Shown here piece after piece: positions 1 to 6,948 of a stretch of 15,919 nt of DNA. The DNA is from Candidatus Zixiibacteriota bacterium (GTDB lineage Bacteria > Zixibacteria > MSB-5A5 > UBA10806 > 4484-95): the NCBI GenBank assembly GCA_029932605.1, contig JAOZPT010000053.1, positions 1 to 15,919 of the forward strand, given 5' to 3'. Position 1 is the first letter of the stretch. Each line of letters begins with the position of its first letter. Both the position numbers and the translations under genes were made by a program. The notes beneath the pieces are model-generated. The model was given only the letters and a program-made list of their open reading frames with translations. It was not told the origin of the DNA and ran no database searches.

Positions 1-15
1 GCTCTTAATCTACAA

Positions 16-1836
16 CTAACCCTCCGGTTTTAACAAGATTTTCTTAATACGATTGGCTAACTCAAGATATTTATCAGCCTCATCTATATAGCCCAAGCTA
101 CGGCAGAACAACTCTCTTGCTTTAAAAGCTCTGAACGAATAGGCCAGGGCAATTTTGGTGCGCTCATTTATATATACATAGGGTAATTCCCAGCATGATA
201 TGTCGATTTTGTTTATGTCGAAATCTATATAACTTGGTTTATCCTCAAGTTTATATAAAACACCGACCGGTATTCGCGCCATATACGGGACGACATCGGG
301 GTCATGAGTGATGTTAGTGTAAATAGGCCTTTTACGGGCATTGGTTTTGATGATGGATGATATCATCTCTCTAAAAGATGCTGTTAAGGCATTGGGGTCA
401 CATTTTTTGCCGGCCTCAAATGGTTTTAACAATTCAAGAAAACGTTCGATCTGAATCTGCGATTCGTCGATAATTTCAGGATGGTATCTTTGCAGAAAAT
501 CTAAATACCATGATCTGCGCAGAAGCTCCTTATCGATTAAGGTTATATAGGGATGATGATTTAAAGCATATCGAAAGTAAAGCCATGGCGAATAAAAATC
601 CCAGTTTTCGATAATTGCCATCCCACCGGGTTCCATGGAAGCCAGCATATTTTCCACCCCCTTGGCGGCAAAGACCTTATTGGATTTATCCTGGGTGTAG
701 TAATTGCTTAAGAGGTTTGACAATGGCAGTCCTACCAGACAGAATATTAGAAATATCTTCATGGTTTTCTTATAGCTTTTTAATTGCTTAGCAGTGGTCA
801 GGAAATCAACTAAATATATCAATCCCGTTCCAGCAAAGACTGCAAGGCAGGCAAAACCGATGAGGTAATATGCATCGATATCGATGATTTCATAATTGGA
901 GCTGTAAAAAATATCGGCTAAAATTATCGAAGTAAAAAATATCGATACCTTCAGTTCATTCTTAAACAGTACTATCATGCCCACTGTCATTAAGGCGAGA
1001 CCAACAATTCCGAATTGGTCATAAAGCAGATGAAGAAAGTAACTGATGCCGTTAAGCATCTCAGTCAGCGAGGAGAACATCCACACCCTATACTGCCAGC
1101 CGCTGATATGATTTAAAAAGCCTTGAAGGTTAACCGGATTGCTCCAGTTTAGAAACGGTTTGAAAGCCGCTCTTATCGGAAGGTAGATATATGTGGTTAA
1201 AGAGAGGATGAAAAATATAAAAGCCCAGAAGTAGTGTCTCTTGATTATCCTTTTCAAGCCATCTGTTGAGATGATGATGTATGTTATGGCGGGCAGTAAA
1301 AATATCGTGCTCATGTGGGAACCAAATGACAATCCCCATAGATAGAAACCGGAGATTAAAAATTTATATTTTCTTGTTTGATAGTATTTAATAAAGAAGG
1401 ATATCGCCAGCAGGTCTGCTAAAAGTGTAATACAGTAAACCTCATTGGATGTTGCCTGTGACCACCAGACAGGCAAGAGGGCTACAAACAACGAGAGCAA
1501 GGCGGCAGCTGGATTGACGAAGTGGGATTTTGCATGGATGGTTTTAATTATGTTGAAAAGCACACCTACAGATAAGGAGGTGACAATCAACGATAAGAGG
1601 TTGCATCTGAATATTATCTCGCCCGGTAAAAGTATTACCGCTATTCTTCCAAGGAACATGTAAAGCGGATAACCTGTTGGATGTGGTATGCCCAATAATA
1701 GGCAGTTAACAGCCAGTTCACCCGAATCGATGAATTCAACTGTGGGGCAGGCGGTTTTTAAATATAAAATACCGGCGATAAAGGTGACGCCGGCAAACCA
1801 CAGGAACCCCCCTGCAAAATCCTTCAAGTTTTTCAC
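16..1836 (-). CDS. DUF2723-domain multi-pass membrane glycosyltransferase (GT-C fold, TMEM260-like)
   Basis: 606 aa, GTG start. N-terminal motif PTVEFIDSGELAVNCLLLGIPHPTGYPLY matches the DUF2723/TMEM260 signature DSGEL-x-LG-x-HP-x-GYPL. Also WWSQATSNEVY, YLPIRA and LNW motifs, many hydrophobic helices, and a soluble C-terminal domain. No Shine-Dalgarno (SD) sequence upstream, so the start is uncertain. Confidence 0.85.
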   Translation of the reverse strand: MKNLKDFAGGFLWFAGVTFIAGILYLKTACPTVEFIDSGELAVNCLLLGIPHPTGYPLYMFLGRIAVILLPGEIIFRCNLLSLIVTSLSVGVLFNIIKTIHAKSHFVNPAAALLSLFVALLPVWWSQATSNEVYCITLLADLLAISFFIKYYQTRKYKFLISGFYLWGLSFGSHMSTIFLLPAITYIIISTDGLKRIIKRHYFWAFIFFILSLTTYIYLPIRAAFKPFLNWSNPVNLQGFLNHISGWQYRVWMFSSLTEMLNGISYFLHLLYDQFGIVGLALMTVGMIVLFKNELKVSIFFTSIILADIFYSSNYEIIDIDAYYLIGFACLAVFAGTGLIYLVDFLTTAKQLKSYKKTMKIFLIFCLVGLPLSNLLSNYYTQDKSNKVFAAKGVENMLASMEPGGMAIIENWDFYSPWLYFRYALNHHPYITLIDKELLRRSWYLDFLQRYHPEIIDESQIQIERFLELLKPFEAGKKCDPNALTASFREMISSIIKTNARKRPIYTNITHDPDVVPYMARIPVGVLYKLEDKPSYIDFDINKIDISCWELPYVYINERTKIALAYSFRAFKARELFCRSLGYIDEADKYLELANRIKKILLKPEG

Positions 1837-1869
1837 TTTAACCGAAGGGAAGAGAGATCGCCCGAAATC

Positions 1870-2283
1870 TTAAAACGGCAGGTCTTCGTCATCGGTGGTT
1901 ATATCAGGTGATGGCTGTTCAGTTTCTTGCTTGGGCGCTTGTGTGCCTTCTGGCTTGCCACCCAAAAACTGAAGTCTCTGGACAACGATTTCTGATATAT
2001 ATCTTTTGTTGCCGTCTTTGTCGTCATAGCTCCGGTTTTGAATCCTTCCCTCGATATAAACAGGCCGTCCTTTCTTAAGATATTCATTGGCGATTTCAGC
2101 CTGCCTTCCCCAGCAGACGATGTTATGCCAATCGGTACGTTCCTGCATCTGCCCGTCTTTATCACGCCATTTTTCGGTTGTGGCAATGCGGAATGTAGTA
2201 ACTGCCTGACCGGATGGTGCGTAACGTATCTCGGGGTCTTGGCCAAGATTGCCTATTAGTATGGCTTTATTTACCGATGCCAT
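1870..2283 (-). CDS. ssb: Single-stranded DNA-binding protein
   Basis: MASVNKAILIGNLGQDPEIRY, ERTDWHNIV and VYIEGRIQNRSY OB-fold motifs, plus acidic C-terminal DDEDLPF. Start moved from 2295 to the ATG at 2283 because GGGAGG (2293-2288) lies just upstream of it. Confidence 0.98.
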   Translation of the reverse strand: MASVNKAILIGNLGQDPEIRYAPSGQAVTTFRIATTEKWRDKDGQMQERTDWHNIVCWGRQAEIANEYLKKGRPVYIEGRIQNRSYDDKDGNKRYISEIVVQRLQFLGGKPEGTQAPKQETEQPSPDITTDDEDLPF

Positions 2284-2310
2284 ATAACCTCCCATGAGTT
2301 ATTTTTTTTT

Positions 2311-2339
2311 AAAATAAATCTTTGGTATGTCGATGTCAA
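2311..2339 (-). promoter_or_regulatory. sigma70-type promoter for ssb
   Basis: Minus strand TTGACA (2339-2334), 17-bp spacer, TATTTT (2316-2311), followed by the SD and ATG. Confidence 0.7.
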
Positions 2340-2500
2340 ATTAAATGTGGTTCATTTTATGTTAAAAAATCTTCGTGAAATATCAACCGCGAACACCGTT
2401 ACTTTTCCACAATTAGCCTATTTCCTCCTTAACGTTTCTCCCATAAATAGACGAGGGGATATTTTCACTTTTCCGTTTTCCATGTTAAATTAGATTTTCC

Positions 2501-2529
2501 TTGCAAAATACCCTTATCACAGGTATTTT
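2501..2529 (+). promoter_or_regulatory. sigma70-type promoter for nadE, overlapped by an inverted repeat
   Basis: TTGCAA (2501-2506), 17-bp spacer, TATTTT (2524-2529). AAAATACC (2505-2512) and GGTATTTT (2522-2529) form an 8-bp inverted repeat. Confidence 0.55.
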
Positions 2530-2586
2530 CCTGCAAAAAGTTGAACCGATATATCGGACACACGGTTTGCGTAAGGATGTTTAAAA

Positions 2587-3375
2587 ATGGAAATTAATAT
2601 GCCAGAAGGATTGAGAATCAGTCCTGAGATAGTTAAAAATCACCTTGTCCATTTTATCCGCAATGAGCTTAAAAAAGCCGGATTTAACAGGCTTGTTCTG
2701 GGAGTTTCAGGCGGACTTGATTCAACGGTTGTGGCGTTTTTATCTGCCGAGGCAATTGGGGCAGTTAATGTCACCGGTGTTATATTACCATATTCCGAAT
2801 CGAACAGGGAAAATATCAATGATGCCGAGCAGGTTATCAAAAAGCTAAAAATCAACCGTCGCTTTGTCGATATCACTCCCATGATAGACGCTTATTTTAT
2901 AAATCATCCCACCACAGACCGTAACCGCCGAGGTAATAAAATAGCCCGGGAGAGGATGAGTATCCTTTATGATATTTCGGCTGAGTTGAAAGCCTTAGTT
3001 ATTGGCACATCTAATAAGTCTGAAATATTGATGGGTTATGGTACCCTGTTTGGCGATCTGGCATGCGCCTTAAACCCGCTTGGTAATCTCTATAAGACTC
3101 AGGTTAGGCAACTTGCCATTTATCTTAGTGTACCCGACCGAATAATAGACAAGCCACCCTCTGCTGACCTCTGGAAGGGGCAGACCGATGAGGGGGAACT
3201 GGGTCTTACGTATGAAAAGCTTGACACTTTTCTGTATTATTTAATTGAACAAGACTATACCGACAGGATGCTTCAAAAGAAAGGTTTCTCAAGTGATTTT
3301 ATTAAAACTGTTAAGGATAAAATTGCCCGGAATGCATTCAAAAGGTCCCTTCCCAAAATCGCTGATGTGCCCTGA
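2587..3375 (+). CDS. nadE: NAD+ synthetase (synthetase domain only)
   Basis: PP-loop GVSGGLDS, GNKIARERM, GTSNKSE-x-GYGTLFGD, LYKTQV, PPSADLWKGQTDEGELG. No N-terminal glutaminase domain. Alternative start ATG at 2599. Confidence 0.96.
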   Translation: MEINMPEGLRISPEIVKNHLVHFIRNELKKAGFNRLVLGVSGGLDSTVVAFLSAEAIGAVNVTGVILPYSESNRENINDAEQVIKKLKINRRFVDITPMIDAYFINHPTTDRNRRGNKIARERMSILYDISAELKALVIGTSNKSEILMGYGTLFGDLACALNPLGNLYKTQVRQLAIYLSVPDRIIDKPPSADLWKGQTDEGELGLTYEKLDTFLYYLIEQDYTDRMLQKKGFSSDFIKTVKDKIARNAFKRSLPKIADVP

Positions 3376-3492
3376 TGAAGATTGTATTTTCTCGCTATTA
3401 TACAGTTAAAGGTGTCTTTTTAGATTTGCGTTTGGTTGACGGAATAAATAAGCGATTTGATTGTTTAAGTAGATTGATGGGACAAGACATAG

Positions 3493-4179
3493 ATGAACGG
3501 TAAATTATTCGTTGTAGCCACGCCTATCGGTAATATCAGCGATATGACCTTGCGGGGAGTAGAGGTGCTAAAATCGGTTGACCTTATAGCCTCCGAGGAT
3601 ACCCGTCATACAGGAGTTCTTCTCAAACACTACGACATCGCTACCCCCCAGCTTTCTTATCATGACTATAACAAGGAAAGAGTAACTCCACGAATAGTAG
3701 GCCAGCTTTTAGACGGTAAAGATGTGGCGGTTGTCTCCGATGCTGGAACGCCGGGTATATCCGATCCGGGATTTTATCTGATAAGGGAGTGTATAAGAAA
3801 TGGCATCGAGGTTATTCCTATTCCGGGACCTTCATCACTGATGGCGGCAATTGTAATATCCGGCCTGCCAACTGATAGATTTTGTTTTGAGGGGTTTTTA
3901 CCCAGATCACCTGGCAAGATGAAAAAAAGGTTGATTGAGCTTAAAAGCGATAGACGGACACTTATATTTCTTGAGTCTGCGCGGAGGATTAATAAGACAT
4001 TGGTTATGATACTGGAGGTTTTGGGTGACCGTGACGCCTTCGTTGGCCGAGAGTTGACAAAGAAGTTTGAGCAATCCTACCGTAGTAGGGTCTCGGAGCT
4101 TATCGAGATATTTAAAGATAAACCTCCTAAAGGTGAGCTGGTGCTGGTGGTGGCTGGCAAAAGGGAGGATATTGGCTAA
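3493..4179 (+). CDS. rsmI: 16S rRNA (cytidine1402-2'-O)-methyltransferase
   Basis: LFVVATPIGN, ASEDTRHT, VSDAGTPGISDPG, PIPGPS, FEGFLP, RELTKKFE and KGELVLVV motifs. Confidence 0.97.
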   Translation: MNGKLFVVATPIGNISDMTLRGVEVLKSVDLIASEDTRHTGVLLKHYDIATPQLSYHDYNKERVTPRIVGQLLDGKDVAVVSDAGTPGISDPGFYLIRECIRNGIEVIPIPGPSSLMAAIVISGLPTDRFCFEGFLPRSPGKMKKRLIELKSDRRTLIFLESARRINKTLVMILEVLGDRDAFVGRELTKKFEQSYRSRVSELIEIFKDKPPKGELVLVVAGKREDIG

Positions 4180-5041
4180 TCATTTTAAATTCAGATTGAG
4201 AACACCGGATTTATTAATATTAACATATATCATTATACAATCAATTTTGGTGGCGATTTTTGGCGGTTTATTCAGAGGACAGCTTTTATTGATTTATTCC
4301 ATTTTTGCCCTGTTTGTGGTTATTCTGGCATGTTTCCGCTGTTCTGATAGGCTATCGTTTATATATCTTGTCAGGACTGGTTACCCCCTTGTGTTAATGT
4401 ATTTTTTCTATAGACTTGTCGGCATACAGCACCGGTTTTTTGGATTTGATACTTGTGATGCTGTATTCAATAATATGGAAAAGACAGTTTTTGGCATATT
4501 CCCAACGTTTGCAATACAGAGGATAATGGAGATCTGGATTAATGAGTTAAGCTATCTTCTTTATTTGACAGGTATTTTTATTCCTCTCTGGCTTTTAATC
4601 AAATTGTTTCAGAAAGGAAATCTTAAATTAATTGAGAATTTCGTGATGGCTTTTGAGATAGGATGTTTGACCTGTTTGGTTATATCGACGTTATTGCCCG
4701 TATCCGGACCGAATATAGCCCTTGATAATTACTATTACCTTGGTATTTATGGACCGTTATTTTCAATGGTTGTTCCGTTTTTCATTGATATACTATCTAT
4801 TAATTCAGGAGGTTTTCCGGCCATTTATTTTTGCATAATTACAATTTCTTCTTATTACCTGTGGGATTTTGGTAAGGTTTATATAACAGTCTCTTTTTTT
4901 ATAATGACAGCTGTTTTCTGGGGCGGGATTTATCTTCGTTACCACTATCTTGCTGATGGTCTGCTGGCAATGGTAATAGCTTTCATAGCTGTAGTTATAG
5001 CCGATGGTATTTGTTATAGAACTTATGGTGAATCCACCTGA
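4172..5041 (+). CDS. PAP2 superfamily (Aur1/Ipt1-like, PAP2_3) membrane protein; putative inositol-phosphotransferase with altered active site
   Basis: Multi-pass protein with LLPVSGP, GGFPAIY (FPSxH position) and IYLRYHYLAD (HxxxD) motifs. Start placed at in-frame TTG 4172, after GGGAGG (4163-4168) and overlapping the rsmI stop by 8 bp. The ORF-track start at 4067 lies deep inside rsmI. Confidence 0.7.
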   Translation: MANHFKFRLRTPDLLILTYIIIQSILVAIFGGLFRGQLLLIYSIFALFVVILACFRCSDRLSFIYLVRTGYPLVLMYFFYRLVGIQHRFFGFDTCDAVFNNMEKTVFGIFPTFAIQRIMEIWINELSYLLYLTGIFIPLWLLIKLFQKGNLKLIENFVMAFEIGCLTCLVISTLLPVSGPNIALDNYYYLGIYGPLFSMVVPFFIDILSINSGGFPAIYFCIITISSYYLWDFGKVYITVSFFIMTAVFWGGIYLRYHYLADGLLAMVIAFIAVVIADGICYRTYGEST

Positions 5042-5047
5042 TTTTAC

Positions 5048-5076
5048 TTGACTTTTAAATAGTTGGCGGATAATAT
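5048..5076 (+). promoter_or_regulatory. sigma70-type promoter for the PIP synthase-ino1 unit
   Basis: TTGACT (5048-5053), 17-bp spacer, TAATAT (5071-5076). AAGGA SD at 5089-5093, ATG at 5097. Confidence 0.65.
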
Positions 5077-5096
5077 GGTAAAATTGGTAAGGAATT

Positions 5097-5726
5097 ATGG
5101 ATTTAATAGGTAAAAGATTCATTCAGTATTACTTTAAGGTCATAGATCCTATTGGTGAGCGGTTAATAAAAACTGGTGTTCATCCTCATATTATTACCTG
5201 GATAGGGTTGATTTTCACACTGGTGGCGGCTAATTTTTTCAGGTTGGGTTCTTTTTTCTTAGGTGGGCTATTTATGGCAATTGCTGGTACCTGCGATGTA
5301 CTTGATGGTAGAATTGCCAGAGAAACCCGAAAGATGAGCAAGTTTGGTGCATTTTTAGATTCAACTATAGATCGGTACAACGATGTATTGATATTTCTTG
5401 GTCTTATGATTTATTTTACACAACTGTATATCCATGTTCTCATAATTCTGGCCATAGCTGGTTCACTGTTAACGTCATATACAAGAGCCCGGGCGGAGGG
5501 TTTGGGTATAGATTGTAAAGTGGGATTGATGCAGAGACCTGAACGTATCACTTATGTAGCCGGTGCTGCAATCCTTGATGGTTTATTGGGTTGGTTTTTT
5601 AAAGCATTGTTTGGCATGGAACATTTTCCGATTATAGTGATACTATGGTTTGTGGCTATTATAAGCAATTTCACGGTTTTGCAAAGGATAATGTTTATAA
5701 AAAGAAAGTTAGGAGATATTAAGTAA
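5097..5726 (+). CDS. CDP-alcohol phosphatidyltransferase, phosphatidylinositol-phosphate synthase-like
   Basis: Family motif DVLDGRIAR-x-FGAFLDSTIDRYND. SYTRARAEGLG and VGLMQRPER resemble mycobacterial PIP synthase and archaeal AIP synthase. Directly upstream of ino1. Confidence 0.9.
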   Translation: MDLIGKRFIQYYFKVIDPIGERLIKTGVHPHIITWIGLIFTLVAANFFRLGSFFLGGLFMAIAGTCDVLDGRIARETRKMSKFGAFLDSTIDRYNDVLIFLGLMIYFTQLYIHVLIILAIAGSLLTSYTRARAEGLGIDCKVGLMQRPERITYVAGAAILDGLLGWFFKALFGMEHFPIIVILWFVAIISNFTVLQRIMFIKRKLGDIK

Positions 5727-5742
5727 GCTATAAGGAGATTAT

Positions 5743-6918
5743 ATGGGAAAAATCAGGGTTGGAATTATTGGGGTGGGCAATTGTGCCTCCTCTTTTGTCC
5801 AGGGTGTAGAGTATTACAAGAAAGTCTCCGACGATGGATTTGTCCCGGGGTTAATGCATGTTAACTTAGGTGGATATCACATCTCCGACATCGATTTTTC
5901 GGCTGCTTTTGATATCGACAGGAATAAGGTTGGCAAGGATCTGGCCACTGCCATTTTTACCTCGCCGAATAACACTTATAAGTTCTGCGATGTCCCTAAA
6001 AAAGGTGTTAAGGTTGAGCGTGGTATGACTCATGATGGCCTGGGCAAATACCTATCACAGATTATCAAAGTTGCACCAGGTCCTACCAGTGATATAGTTA
6101 AGATATTAAAGGATTCCGGAACCGATGTTGTGGTCAACTATCTTCCTGTTGGTTCTGAGGAGGCGACTAAATGGTATGTGGAGCAGATTCTTGATGCTAA
6201 TTGTGCTCTTATCAACTGCATACCGGTTTTCATAGCCCGTGAGTCTTACTGGCAAAATAGGTTTAAACAACGCGGTCTCCCGATGATAGGTGATGATATC
6301 AAATCGCAGGTTGGGGCAACTATTGCTCATCGGATTATGACACGTTTATTCAGGGAACGTGGTGTCCGTCTGGAGAGGACAAGCCAGCTTAATGTTGGTG
6401 GCAACACTGATTTTTATAATATGCTGGAAAGGGCAAGGCTTGAATCTAAAAAGGTTTCCAAAACGAATGCTGTTACTTCCCAGCTCGATTATGATATCGG
6501 CAAGGATAATGTTCACATTGGACCGTCTGATTATGTTGCCTGGCTAACCGATCGTAAGTGGGCTTATATACGTCTTGAGGGCAGGACATTTGGTGATGTT
6601 CCATTGAACATGGAGATGAAACTTGAAGTATGGGATTCACCGAACTCCGCTGGTGTTGTTATAGATGCCGTTAGGTGCTGTAAGCTCGCTTTGGATAATA
6701 AATTATCCGGCACGCTTTATGGTCCATCATCATATTTTATGAAATCACCGCCCGAGCAATACACCGACGAGGTTGCCCGAAGAAAAACCGAGGAGTTCAT
6801 TGCCAAGTATGGTTCAATCATCAGCGCCGGTGGTAATGGTAAAAAGCCCAGAGGCAAAACTAAAAAGGCGGCGAGCAAAAGCAGAATTAAGGGGAAAATA
6901 GCTGCTAAGTCCAGATAA
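5743..6918 (+). CDS. ino1: myo-inositol-1-phosphate synthase (bacterial/archaeal short type) with basic C-terminal tail
   Basis: [78 protein letters not shown] at 5731-5737. Confidence 0.97.
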   Translation: MGKIRVGIIGVGNCASSFVQGVEYYKKVSDDGFVPGLMHVNLGGYHISDIDFSAAFDIDRNKVGKDLATAIFTSPNNTYKFCDVPKKGVKVERGMTHDGLGKYLSQIIKVAPGPTSDIVKILKDSGTDVVVNYLPVGSEEATKWYVEQILDANCALINCIPVFIARESYWQNRFKQRGLPMIGDDIKSQVGATIAHRIMTRLFRERGVRLERTSQLNVGGNTDFYNMLERARLESKKVSKTNAVTSQLDYDIGKDNVHIGPSDYVAWLTDRKWAYIRLEGRTFGDVPLNMEMKLEVWDSPNSAGVVIDAVRCCKLALDNKLSGTLYGPSSYFMKSPPEQYTDEVARRKTEEFIAKYGSIISAGGNGKKPRGKTKKAASKSRIKGKIAAKSR

Positions 6919-6923
6919 AATAA

Positions 6924-6948
6924 GGGCGGTTTAAACCGCCCGTTTTTT
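6924..6948 (+). terminator. Rho-independent terminator after ino1
   Basis: Perfect 18-bp palindrome GGGCGGTTTAAACCGCCC (6924-6941) followed by GTTTTTT. An A-rich 5' flank suggests possible bidirectional activity. Confidence 0.8.

Noticed and set aside
1899..2259. Alternative-frame and antisense ORFs within ssb (115 aa, 73 aa)
   Set aside because: Fully embedded in a conserved gene, with no RBS or motifs.
2284..2295. ssb start at ATG 2295 (MGGY extension)
   Set aside because: The extension is the SD sequence itself, and SSB proteins typically start at MASVNK.
2284..2586. Replication origin or CRISPR-like array in the ssb-nadE gap
   Set aside because: Only one consensus DnaA box, and the repeats are short, few and irregular with no cas genes.
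3376..3492. Promoter or sRNA in the nadE-rsmI gap (TTGACG at 3436-3441)
   Set aside because: No convincing -10 at 16-18 bp spacing and no stable hairpin seen.
4067..4171. N-terminal 35 codons of the ORF-track 324-aa protein
   Set aside because: Off-frame overlap with the conserved 3' end of rsmI; an SD plus TTG at 4172 gives a better start.
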